Assembly: GCA_963664225.1 (NCBI GenBank)
Contig: OY760937.1
Span: 736,001 to 800,000 of the forward strand
From: Verrucomicrobiia bacterium
GTDB taxonomy: Bacteria; Verrucomicrobiota; Verrucomicrobiia; Limisphaerales; UBA1319
DNA: 64,000 nucleotides
Direction: 5' to 3'
Position numbers and translations under genes: made by a program. Positions 31,745-40,838 of the stretch are shown one piece after another; the stretch's first letter is position 1; every line of letters begins with the position of its first letter. Under the pieces are notes generated by a model. That model saw nothing but the letters and a program-made list of their open reading frames with translations, was not told the DNA's origin and did no database searches.

Positions 31745-33570
31745 TGGATCGACTCCAGATTCTTCAAGGCCTCCAGGGCGGTTTCGACTTTGGGGTATTG
31801 CGCAAAAAGCCCTTCGTTGATTTGCGGGGGCGCATAGCGGACCTGATTGCAGCGCTGAAATATATCGTGCAATAATTTGAGCATCTCTCCGTCCAGACCC
31901 AGGGGACCGAGACGATCCGTGATGATCGATTCCGTGATGGACGCCGATGGAAGATCAAGCCGCTCACCGATCCGGGCCTGCAACAAACGGAAGGCCTGAG
32001 CGTAGAAGGCCTCTGCGTCATTGGCTTCAGCATGGGCCTTGAGTTTGGGAAGGCCTCGGGCAATCAGGCGCTCGACCTCGATCTGGCGGCGCAAACGCGG
32101 GTTGGCGCTGAGTTTGTCCGCTTGTTTTCGTCGCATCCAGACAATGCCCAATAGAATGACCGGGATGACTTGAATGGCCAGAAACCACGATTTGGCGGCC
32201 AGGGGTGTTTGAACGAGGACCAAGGCGCCGGGTTTGGTCTTGATATTGACGATGTCCTGAGGTGATCCAGATTTGTCCGAGTCCGCCGCATTGGCATTGG
32301 CCACCATGGCAGGTAGGGCTGTGTTTGCAGACGAGCGCACCTGCAAGGGAAACGGACCTTGCCGCAGACTTCGAAAGCTTTTGGTCGCCGGGTCGAAGTA
32401 GCTGAAAACGATCTCGGGCAGGGCCTTGATTTCAGGGGATTGGGGGATGGCTGCAAACTCGAATGACTTGCTGCCTTCCACGCCCAAGGTATCGGTTGGC
32501 TCAATTTTTATTGAAGGGGGATAGGTTTTAAAGGATTTCCAATTCTCAAAAGAGGCCAGGTTGAGCGAGTCGAGGGAACCCTGGCCGGTGATTTTGATTT
32601 TTACGGTGATTGGGTCGCCCACAGCCAGATTCGTCGGGCCTGCGGTTGCGGTCATGGAGAAGGAACCGACAGCGCCGTTGAATTCCGGTGGCACATTCGC
32701 GGTTGGCAATGGCAGAACGCGGATCGTGTTGGTTTCGCTGGTCAGGTTGACTTGACGCAATTGGGCGCGCTGCCCGAAAAATCCAAACGGATCGTTGAAG
32801 GGATCACCACGGCGCTGTTGCCGGGCCTGCGGAATGACGAGGGTGAGGGGGCATTGCGCCGGACCGAGGGTCAAATCGCCGGTTTTGGTCGGCATGACGG
32901 TTGTTTTGAAAACGATCAGGTGATAGGGCTGGTTGCCGACTTGAGTGGAAGTTTGGATCACCTGTGGAGTTTTGCTTAAAACGAAACCGTCCGCCTGCAG
33001 TTGGGGCATTTGCTGGTCCTGGGCATTTAAATAATAGAGCTGAATATCCACAGGCAGCACTTCACCCATGTAGATTTCATTTTTGGGTGTCAGCAATTTT
33101 AAGAACGCCAACTGAGGTCCCGCATTCGTATTCGCCGGGTCCGGGGCTCCCGCCGGCAGCACTTTCAAACGCAGCGGCTTGCTGTCAAATGTCTGGCTCC
33201 CGGAAGTGAATCTGAGCACGGGAATGACATAATCCCCGGCCTGGATGGGAGTGAGAACATAACTGAAGATCACCGTGGATGTGGATTGGCCGTTGACGAA
33301 AGAATACTGGCTGGTTTGACCTCCGTATCTGGCGTTAAGGGCTGGAGGCAGATTTACGCTGGGGGCAGATTTTACATCAATTCCCTCAAACGAGAGAGAC
33401 AGGGTGACGCTTTCGCCCGCAGTCATCGTATCACGATCCAGGGAGGCGGTCAGACCGGGGGCGGCATTCGCGCAGACCACCAGAAACAGCACGGCGCAAG
33501 CCACCACCAGGGCGCGAAGCTTCACAAGCCAGGATTTTTGGAAACCCGGCTGACGGTCTGCAATGCCCAT
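31741..33570 (-). CDS. BatD-family protein (start uncertain)
   Basis: ASLDR..GESVTL, FNGAVGSF, VGDPITVKI.I.GQG, FSYFDP, C-terminal TM, RYAP. Confidence 0.82.
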   Translation of the reverse strand: MGIADRQPGFQKSWLVKLRALVVACAVLFLVVCANAAPGLTASLDRDTMTAGESVTLSLSFEGIDVKSAPSVNLPPALNARYGGQTSQYSFVNGQSTSTVIFSYVLTPIQAGDYVIPVLRFTSGSQTFDSKPLRLKVLPAGAPDPANTNAGPQLAFLKLLTPKNEIYMGEVLPVDIQLYYLNAQDQQMPQLQADGFVLSKTPQVIQTSTQVGNQPYHLIVFKTTVMPTKTGDLTLGPAQCPLTLVIPQARQQRRGDPFNDPFGFFGQRAQLRQVNLTSETNTIRVLPLPTANVPPEFNGAVGSFSMTATAGPTNLAVGDPITVKIKITGQGSLDSLNLASFENWKSFKTYPPSIKIEPTDTLGVEGSKSFEFAAIPQSPEIKALPEIVFSYFDPATKSFRSLRQGPFPLQVRSSANTALPAMVANANAADSDKSGSPQDIVNIKTKPGALVLVQTPLAAKSWFLAIQVIPVILLGIVWMRRKQADKLSANPRLRRQIEVERLIARGLPKLKAHAEANDAEAFYAQAFRLLQARIGERLDLPSASITESIITDRLGPLGLDGEMLKLLHDIFQRCNQVRYAPPQINEGLFAQYPKVETALEALKNLESIQ

Positions 33571-33886
33571 GTTGTTTTGGCTTAACATCAACAAGGAGGA
33601 TTTTTGGGTTCCCGGCCTGCATGGTGCAAGCCAGAAATTCTGCGTTGACGGGGGGCTATTAATTATCTGCATTCCGATCTGCTGTTTTGGCGGGGTCAGG
33701 AAAGCGGAAACCGGCTCTGCCACCTGCGTTTGGGCGGCGTCAATTCAGACAGCCGATTTTACGGCCCTTGTCTTGCTCTTCCAGCAAGGATGACTCTTGC
33801 GCCGCAACCTATAGGCTGAATGATTGGAGCCCGTTCCGGGCTGGCTGGACTATACCGAAAGGGGAATGAACCTCTTTTCCAGACAT

Positions 33887-33935
33887 AAAAAAACGAACCA
33901 AACCGTGATTTGAACCCTTTCAAACCACGGTTTGG
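33887..33935 (-). terminator. Probable terminator of the DUF3494 gene
   Basis: CCAAACCGTG..TTTGAA/TTCAAA..CACGGTTTGG hairpin with an A-run on the left. Confidence 0.55.
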
Positions 33936-33970
33936 CCCGGATGTGATTTCTTAGTTATCGGCTTTTGGCG

Positions 33971-34741
33971 TCAGTCATTGTGATGCCCCGAGACGGTTCC
34001 GCCGGGCTGAGTGACGGCATTCTTCTGTAAGGTTACAGCGGTTTGCGCCAGCGCCCGACCGCTCAGCACTGCGCCGGTGTTCATCGCAACCAATGTTTTG
34101 CACAGAATGATTCCCTTGAAGCTAGCCGTCGTTCCAATGGTCGTTTGGCCGCCGACCTGCCAGAAGACGTTCCTGGCCTGTGCGCCGCCCTTGAGAATAA
34201 TCTGGGCGCCGTTGCCCTCGGTGAGGTTGCCTGCAACCTGGAAGATCCAAACATCATTAGGGCCGCCGGAGAGAGTGACCACAATGGGAATCTGAAGCGA
34301 GCTGCTCCATTTGTAGAGACCCGGAAGGATTGTCATTCCGTTAATATTTCCCGCACCCAGTTCGGTCGCGGTGGGGTTGCTACGCCCGGCGGCGTCGGTG
34401 TAAGCGGTTTGCATGTTGAGGACTGCTGTGGCCAACAAGGCCGGGGCGATGACCGCGCAGGGAGCAGGACCCGCCGCATCGACCGCGTATATTATGCCAG
34501 ACACTTCTGTGCATTTTACAAGGATCGCCGCACCGGTGATAGGGCTGGACCCAATGTTTCCAACAATGGCTGAAGCCGGGACGTCGGTGATTCCGGATTT
34601 CGATAAAATCACGAAATTACCCGCCGATCCGAGTTGGACTGGCGCCGGTCCGCGACCCAGAGTGGCCGCCGTGCCGTAGGAGGGGCTGCAAAGCAGCGCA
34701 GACAGCGCGGCCAACAGAACTAAACTTTTTGTACTTTTCAT
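33971..34741 (-). CDS. Secreted DUF3494 ice-binding-family protein
   Basis: Signal peptide; FVILSKSGIT, AYTDAAGR, PGLYKW, VWIFQVAG, NVFWQVG, GRALAQTAVTL. Confidence 0.92.
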   Translation of the reverse strand: MKSTKSLVLLAALSALLCSPSYGTAATLGRGPAPVQLGSAGNFVILSKSGITDVPASAIVGNIGSSPITGAAILVKCTEVSGIIYAVDAAGPAPCAVIAPALLATAVLNMQTAYTDAAGRSNPTATELGAGNINGMTILPGLYKWSSSLQIPIVVTLSGGPNDVWIFQVAGNLTEGNGAQIILKGGAQARNVFWQVGGQTTIGTTASFKGIILCKTLVAMNTGAVLSGRALAQTAVTLQKNAVTQPGGTVSGHHND

Positions 34742-35093
34742 ATCAACTAACTTTGACTTAGTGCCTTATTGGGGTCACGTCGTCACAATAAGAGCAGCGC
34801 TGGGGCTGTCCATGGGGGGATTCACCCCCTGGCGGCCCCGTCCCAGTGTGGCTGAAAATGGCGATGTGAACGGGTTGCCAGCAGGGGAAGGCCGATGGGT
34901 TTCAATGTGGGAACAGGCTATTTTGTGGGCATTCAGGGGCTGAAACGTGCTTTCAGCCCGTGTCGTGTTTTTGTCCGGTTAACCTTGGACCATTGACCCA
35001 AGCGCAGGGCAAAGTTCTCCTGGAGGAAGGCTGGCGTTTCAAAGCACGGATGGATGACAGGAATCTTCTGGCAACCCCTCCCTCCAGCTCCCT

Positions 35094-35117
35094 TGTATCT
35101 GATTTTCCATCTATTCT
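35094..35117 (+). promoter_or_regulatory. Junction promoter formed on IS110 circularisation
   Basis: Right end TTGCT (36262-36266) + T35094 gives -35 TTGCTT; 17-bp spacer; -10 TATTCT at 35112-35117. Confidence 0.75.
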
Positions 35118-35123
35118 TGTTTT

Positions 35124-35327
35124 GTTTGAAAAGACGGAATAGATGGAACTGTCCTGCCGCCTGCAGGCGGCAGGACAGTGGCGCGAACGAGCTCGCCATT
35201 CCCTGGCATTGGTTTACAGCCAAATGCGTCGGGAGCCAGAGCCGTTCGTGTCTGTGTCCTAAACTCGAACCGTTGCTTGAGCGGCCTACCAAGTCCTGCT
35301 CGTATTTACAAGAAAGAGCCAGAACAC
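35124..35327 (+). ncRNA. Putative bridge RNA of the IS110 element (ends approximate)
   Basis: 5' hairpin 35148-35179; loop 1 has CCATTCCCT/GGGAG (target-like); loop 2 has ACCGTTGCT/TACAAG matching the circle junction ACCGTTG-CT-TGTA. Confidence 0.82.
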
Positions 35328-35328
35328 T

Positions 35329-36255
35329 ATGACCACTATCTACGCTGGCTTGGATATTGCCAAGCTGAGTCTTGATCTCCACCTGGCCGGTCGTTCCCAC
35401 GATCTGCCCAATACCGCCGCCGGTCATCGCCAGCTCGTCGGACTCCTGGCGCAGCATCCGGGCGCTCACGTCATCTGTGAAGCCACGGGCGGCTATGAGC
35501 GTGAGGTGGCTGACGCCCTCCATCATGCCAGCATTCCTGTCAGCATCATCAATCCCGCCCGCGTCCGGCATTTCGCCCGCGCCCAGGGACAACGGGCCAA
35601 AACCGACCGTATTGATGCCGCTGTCCTCTCCGCCTATGGGCAGGCCTTTGCCCCCAAACCCACGCCGGCGCGTTCCGAGGTGGAGGTGCAGTTGACCGAA
35701 CTGGTTCGTCGCCGCAACCAGGTCCTTGAACTGCTCTTTGCCCAACGCAATCAGGCCGAACGCCTCACGCTGCCCAAGTTGCGCCGCCAGGCCCAGAGCT
35801 TGGTGCATCGTTTGGAGCGGGATGTGCAGGGAATCGAAACCCAACTCAAAGCGCTGCGCCAGAAAACCACAGAATTGGATGAGCGCGCAAAGAAACTCGA
35901 GGCTATTACTGGGGTGGGCACAATTACCGCCTTGGCTGTTTTGGCTGAGCTGCCCGAGCTGGGCACGCTCAATCGGGGGCAGGCCGCCGCCTTGGCCGGA
36001 CTGGCTCCACATCCCCGAGAAAGCGGGCAGTGGCAAGGCCGTCGCTCCATCGGTGGCGGAAGAGCCGCCGTTAGACGTGCCCTCTACATGGCTGCCATGG
36101 TCGCTGCGCGCTGCAATCGCCAACTCAAGGAGTTCTACAAACGACTCCGATCGGCGGGCAAGCCCGCCAAAGTCGCGTTCACCGCCGTCATGCGCAAACT
36201 CATTGTTCTGATGAACCAAATCCTCAAAAATCCACATTTTGAACTCTCAAATTAA
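35329..36255 (+). CDS. IS110 DEDD recombinase/transposase, 308 aa
   Basis: GLDIAK, CEATGGYE, KTDRIDA (D-E-D-D); GVGTITA and GLAP...ESG (catalytic Ser region). Confidence 0.96.
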   Translation: MTTIYAGLDIAKLSLDLHLAGRSHDLPNTAAGHRQLVGLLAQHPGAHVICEATGGYEREVADALHHASIPVSIINPARVRHFARAQGQRAKTDRIDAAVLSAYGQAFAPKPTPARSEVEVQLTELVRRRNQVLELLFAQRNQAERLTLPKLRRQAQSLVHRLERDVQGIETQLKALRQKTTELDERAKKLEAITGVGTITALAVLAELPELGTLNRGQAAALAGLAPHPRESGQWQGRRSIGGGRAAVRRALYMAAMVAARCNRQLKEFYKRLRSAGKPAKVAFTAVMRKLIVLMNQILKNPHFELSN

Positions 36256-36551
36256 ATACCGTTGCTCCCCGCTCGTGCCTCGCAGGGCGGGAGAGAAGAT
36301 ATGCGCCCATTCGGTTCACTCGGTTGGTTGGGGCAATTCTCCAGACGTCGGGCGGGGGCACCCGACACGATCAATGACGAACCCCCGTATATACTTTCAT
36401 GGCGTTTCAAGGGTTTTTCCAGTTTGCCAGAGATTTTTGTCCGGCGCCGCATTGACCCGGGCTGGTACGGAGCCGCGGTGTTGGCGATGGGACTTCGGCC
36501 ATAAGATTCACGCGGCGGCACAATGGCGCCGAGGGTGATGATCGAAATGAC

Positions 36552-38354
36552 TTAATCCTCCCAGCCGATTTTGCGGCCCTTGTTTTGCTCTTCCAGCCAG
36601 GACATGAGGGGTTTGAAATATTCGACCATGGCGCGAGTGGAGAGGTCCTCCCCGGTGGCGTCATGGAGGACTTTACGCCAATCCTGGGTGCCGCCTTTTT
36701 CCATGATGCTCTTCAAGAAAGCGCCGGTTTCCTTGCTGTTGGCGTAGTTGCAGGATTGGGGTGGCTGCTTGAGAATGTTGCGCGCGATGTAATCGTTGAA
36801 TTGGAATTTCAGGACGGTTGCCACGGCATAATTGAAGTAATAAGCGGGGGCATCGTTGATGTGGGTCTTGGTGGCGGCGTCGCAATATTCCTCTCCGCGG
36901 TCCGCGGGCGATTCCACGCCCTGATAATCGCGGACGAATTTCCACCAGCGCGCGTTCCACTTTTCCGGAGGCAGGTTTTTGGCATACACCTCGGCTTCCC
37001 AATGTGTGATGGTGCCGGAACTCCAGAAAATGAAGGGAACGGTGTTGGCCAGGGCGTCGTTGAGGAGAAAGGCGGTTTGGTCCACCTGATAATCCTGGGG
37101 CAGCACGCCGACGGTCTTGAGATAGGGGGCCTGGCCGCAGGCCATGGAAATCAATTCGCCCATGCCTTCGTGAAAACCGGTGTTGGCTCCCAACCGGAGC
37201 AGGGGCGGCACTTCAGGGCGGGAATAGGACATGAAATAATAGGCGTGGCCCAATTCGTGGTGGGCTGTTTCAAACCACTGCCAGTTGGGTTCCACGCTCA
37301 TCAGCGAGCGAATGTCACGATCCAGATCGACGTGCCAGCAGGAGCCGTGGGTGTTCTTTTTGCGTGTGGCGTTGGGAGGGAGGGGATAGAGGTCCGATAA
37401 TTTCCAAAAACTTTCCGGCAGGGAAGGGAAGCCAATGCCGGTGTAAAACTTTTCAGCCGTCTTCATGATCCACTCGGGGGACTTGTCCTTGAGGCGGTCG
37501 TCGAAATTCGCGCCTTCGACCAGGCCAACCCAATTCTGGCTCCAGCGGTTATTCAGCCAATGGGCGGGGATTCGATTGGGCACGGGCTGACCGTATTTTT
37601 TGGCGAGTTCATATTTGACCCAGGTGTGGAGTTGCAGATACAGCGGCTTCAAATCCCGCATGAAATCATCCTGGAGACGCAGCATTTCATCGGTGGACAT
37701 GCCATAGCTGGCGACCTGGAGGGTGAAATAGTCATTGAAACCAAGTTCGCGGGCCACGCCGTTGCGCAGCTTTTGCAGTTCAATGAGGCCGGGTTTGAGG
37801 GCGGGGCCGGATTGTTTGGAGGCTTCCCAGACCGCGCGGCGCCCGGCCAGATTGGTGCTGGAGTTGAGAAGATTGTCGATTTCGTTAGCGGTGATGGGCT
37901 TGCCGTCCAATTTAAAAACGAAGGAATTCAAGGTGGAGGCCTGACGTGTTTCGGCGGCAATGCGTTCGGTGGCAAGGGCCGGATTGGTCATTGGGGCCTC
38001 GGCGGCGTTCAAAAGAACCCGTTCCAGCTCAATCACGGTCATGGGTGTTAAATCCTTGCGATCCTTGAGCAATTCGCGGGCCTCCTCGATGATTTTTGGG
38101 TTTCCCGCAAAGGCGGCGCGTGATTTGCCGGCGGTTTCCGAGGCGGCGTCATGCACCGGGGAGACATCGGTGGCGGCCAGCCATTGCGCCTGGCTCTCCA
38201 CGCGATAAACCGCCTGCCAGGTGGCATTGACCAGACCGAGAAATTCAGAGGCGCGTTCCTGAGGTGTCATGGCATGGGTGGGCGGAATCATGGCAAACAG
38301 CATGGATGAAACCGTTGATATCCAAGCGTATCGGAGGATGTGTTTCACACTCAT
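36552..38354 (-). CDS. M2-family (ACE-like) peptidyl-dipeptidase
   Basis: HHELGH zinc motif, GFHEGMGE third ligand, IPAHWL, signal peptide. Confidence 0.9.
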   Translation of the reverse strand: MSVKHILRYAWISTVSSMLFAMIPPTHAMTPQERASEFLGLVNATWQAVYRVESQAQWLAATDVSPVHDAASETAGKSRAAFAGNPKIIEEARELLKDRKDLTPMTVIELERVLLNAAEAPMTNPALATERIAAETRQASTLNSFVFKLDGKPITANEIDNLLNSSTNLAGRRAVWEASKQSGPALKPGLIELQKLRNGVARELGFNDYFTLQVASYGMSTDEMLRLQDDFMRDLKPLYLQLHTWVKYELAKKYGQPVPNRIPAHWLNNRWSQNWVGLVEGANFDDRLKDKSPEWIMKTAEKFYTGIGFPSLPESFWKLSDLYPLPPNATRKKNTHGSCWHVDLDRDIRSLMSVEPNWQWFETAHHELGHAYYFMSYSRPEVPPLLRLGANTGFHEGMGELISMACGQAPYLKTVGVLPQDYQVDQTAFLLNDALANTVPFIFWSSGTITHWEAEVYAKNLPPEKWNARWWKFVRDYQGVESPADRGEEYCDAATKTHINDAPAYYFNYAVATVLKFQFNDYIARNILKQPPQSCNYANSKETGAFLKSIMEKGGTQDWRKVLHDATGEDLSTRAMVEYFKPLMSWLEEQNKGRKIGWED

Positions 38355-38447
38355 GGACGCCAACCTAAACCGTTTCTGACGGGAATCCAAGGCTAAACCG
38401 GCAACGGACCCATTCGCGATTTCGAATAAAAAGCGGTTCTAAAAATG

Positions 38448-38476
38448 TTGCAATAAACGAGGGAGACCCGCAGAAT
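38448..38476 (+). promoter_or_regulatory. Candidate sigma70 promoter for tRNA-Ser
   Basis: TTGCAA-17 bp-CAGAAT just upstream of the tRNA. Confidence 0.5.
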
Positions 38477-38493
38477 AGGCCCATCTACCTTGT

Positions 38494-38581
38494 GGAGAGG
38501 TGGCAGAGCGGTTGATCGCGCGCGCTTGGAAAGCGCGTTTACAGCAATGTAACGGGGGTTCGAATCCCCCCCTCTCCGCCA
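38494..38581 (+). tRNA. tRNA-Ser(GGA)
   Basis: GGAGAGG/CCTCTCC acceptor stem, CGCGC-TTGGAAA-GCGCG anticodon arm, long variable arm, GGTTCGAATCC, encoded CCA. Confidence 0.96.
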
Positions 38582-38626
38582 GTTTGCTTTTTTCGCATTT
38601 TCGCGCTCAGCAAGGCCTCTGTCGGG

Positions 38627-40591
38627 TTATTTTTCAGACTGATTCAACCGAACCGGGCGATACAATAATTGGTCATCCTTCCAGTCAGATTCACGGCTTT
38701 CGGATTGGCGCAGCCAGACGGTTTGTTTCGCCAAACCCCGGTTTGCCAGGGCGTAGAAGGGGATTCCGACCCATGAGCGGTCTTCGCTGATTTTTGCGGT
38801 GATGACTTGAATGCCATTGAGCAAGTCAGGGCGGGATTCGACCTGGAACCGGGGTTTGGCGGGGAGCGTTATTTCGGCCTCGCCATTGTTATCCAGACTC
38901 TCGGTTCCATAAACGAGCGGCCCGCGTTGAATGGCAACGCGACCGCGATTGGCGAGCACTTTTGGATGCGCTTCGATCAATTCCACCGGCATGGGAAATT
39001 CGAATTCAATGCGATCCCCGGATTGCCATTTCCGGTCAATGACCCAATAGCCTTTTTCAAAATCCGGACTTTTCAACGGCTCGCCATTCAAGCTGAGGCT
39101 GGTTGAAGTGGTCCATCCGGGATTGCGAAGAAAGAGTTTGAACGATGTGGCCTGGTCCGGGTGAACCGTGAGTTTGACATGGCCATTCCAAGGGTAATCG
39201 GTTTCCTGAACCAAGCGGACCTGGCGGTCTTTGAGGCGGATTTGTGCGGTGCTGCCCGCGTATAAATTAAGGTAAATGCCCGCGTCCGATTGCGCATAGA
39301 GATATTCAGGCATGCGCAACAAGGTGCGCGAAAGACAAGGCGGGCAACAGACCCAGCAGTTGTCGCGCGCATGATTTTCATCGTGCAGAAGATTGCGGTA
39401 ATAGGTGTTGGTGCCATCGAGAGAAATGCCATGCAGGGCGGTGTTGTATAACACCCGTTCCATCACATCGATGCTGGAGGCTTCGCCATCGATGCGGAAC
39501 ATGCTTTCAGCAAAGTTGATCATTCCACAGGCCGCGCACGATTCGGCATACCCCCCCTGGTTGGGCAGGTCGTAGTCGGGACCGAATCCCTCGTCTTTCT
39601 CCTGAGAGCCGACGCCGCCGGTGACATACATTTTTCGCAGGGTGGCGCTTTGCCAGAGGCGGCGGGCGGCGGCCTGCAATTCCAGATCGCCGGATTCAAG
39701 ACCCGCCTCGGCAACGCCATTTGCGTAAAACAGGGCGCGCACGGCGTGGCCGGTGATTTCATTGACCTTGCGAATGGGCAAATGATCCATGAAATAGATG
39801 CGGGGGGTTTCGCTCGTATAGGCCCAAGGCTTGCCGCGGCGCTCAATCCAATCCCGGGACAGGTCCAGGTAGCGTTTTTCACCGGTCACCCGGTAAAGGC
39901 GCACCAGGGCCAGTTCGAGTTCGGCGTGTCCGCAAACGCCTTCGTGTTTTTCGGTGATAAAATAGCGGTAGATGTGGTCCGCGACGCCCTGGGCCACATG
40001 CAGGAAATTGGTTTTGCCGGTGGACTGATAATGGGCCACAGCCGCTTCAATCAGGTGGCCGGCCACATAGCCGTCATGCTGGCCGTCGAGATTGGCCCAG
40101 GGGATTTTGTTGCGGACGGTGATGAGGGCGTTGCAATAGCCATTGGTCTGTTGCGCGGCGGCCATTGCGGAGATGATGGTGTCGAGATGCCGATCCAGCT
40201 CGGGATTGGACTCCTGCGCGAGGGCATACGCGGCGGTTTCCAGGACCTTGTGCAAATTGGCCTGGTTCCACGGGGTGTCTTCGCCGCGTTTTATCTTTAT
40301 CCAGCCTGCGGCAATTTCGTTGTCCTCAATTTCCTTCTGCACGTATTGCCAGGAATGGGGGATGGTTTTTTCGCGATAAATCTTGAGTTTTGGCGCCCAA
40401 AAGGAATCGGTCACGCGGACGTCAATCTGTGGCACCGGCTGGCGCCGGCCTGCAGTGATCTCAGCGCGTTGGTTGGGAATCCCGGCAGCAGAGACCGTCA
40501 AGGGGCCCATCAAACCCAGACCCAAGAAAAGTGGGGCGAAGCAAAAAATGCTCATAAAGCATCCGCAGAGGATTCCTGACATTCGTTTCAT
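38627..40591 (-). CDS. GH127 beta-L-arabinofuranosidase-like protein
   Basis: GHLIEAAVA, GHAVRA, YVTGGVG, YAESCAA, CCPP. Confidence 0.9.
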   Translation of the reverse strand: MKRMSGILCGCFMSIFCFAPLFLGLGLMGPLTVSAAGIPNQRAEITAGRRQPVPQIDVRVTDSFWAPKLKIYREKTIPHSWQYVQKEIEDNEIAAGWIKIKRGEDTPWNQANLHKVLETAAYALAQESNPELDRHLDTIISAMAAAQQTNGYCNALITVRNKIPWANLDGQHDGYVAGHLIEAAVAHYQSTGKTNFLHVAQGVADHIYRYFITEKHEGVCGHAELELALVRLYRVTGEKRYLDLSRDWIERRGKPWAYTSETPRIYFMDHLPIRKVNEITGHAVRALFYANGVAEAGLESGDLELQAAARRLWQSATLRKMYVTGGVGSQEKDEGFGPDYDLPNQGGYAESCAACGMINFAESMFRIDGEASSIDVMERVLYNTALHGISLDGTNTYYRNLLHDENHARDNCWVCCPPCLSRTLLRMPEYLYAQSDAGIYLNLYAGSTAQIRLKDRQVRLVQETDYPWNGHVKLTVHPDQATSFKLFLRNPGWTTSTSLSLNGEPLKSPDFEKGYWVIDRKWQSGDRIEFEFPMPVELIEAHPKVLANRGRVAIQRGPLVYGTESLDNNGEAEITLPAKPRFQVESRPDLLNGIQVITAKISEDRSWVGIPFYALANRGLAKQTVWLRQSESRESDWKDDQLLYRPVRLNQSEK

Positions 40592-40838
40592 TTTCTCAAT
40601 TGTGTTTGCAGGTGTGGAACGATGCCTCAAGCCTTATGTCAAGCGGTTGCGTTGTCGAATCAATTCGGCGTTACCGATGGTGAATTCGGGAGGGCGTTTT
40701 GGTGTGGCAGATGAGGGAAAACAAGGTCTGAAAGCGGTTGCTGGCCACAAGAAATATTCTCATTTGCGGTTCTGAATTCACTCTTCCGCATTTCAGGCTT
40801 GCCTTTTCAGGCTGCGGCAGGTTGATTTGAGACACTAT

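Larger units (their letters stand above)
35094..36266 (+). mobile_element. IS110-family element (IS621-like layout) inserted at a CT core in a palindromic repeat
   Basis: CT at 35092-35093 and 36265-36266; removing the element restores CCCTCCAGCTCC-CT-CCCCGCTCGTGCC, similar to 19893-19925; long left end, ~9-bp right end, no terminal IRs. Confidence 0.92.

Noticed and set aside
34933..36237. 434-aa ORF antisense to the IS110 recombinase
   Set aside because: Shadow frame of a GC-rich gene; extends outside the element and has no motifs
38494..38627. tRNA-anchored genomic island
   Set aside because: No integrase, and I saw no duplicate of the tRNA 3' end in the window
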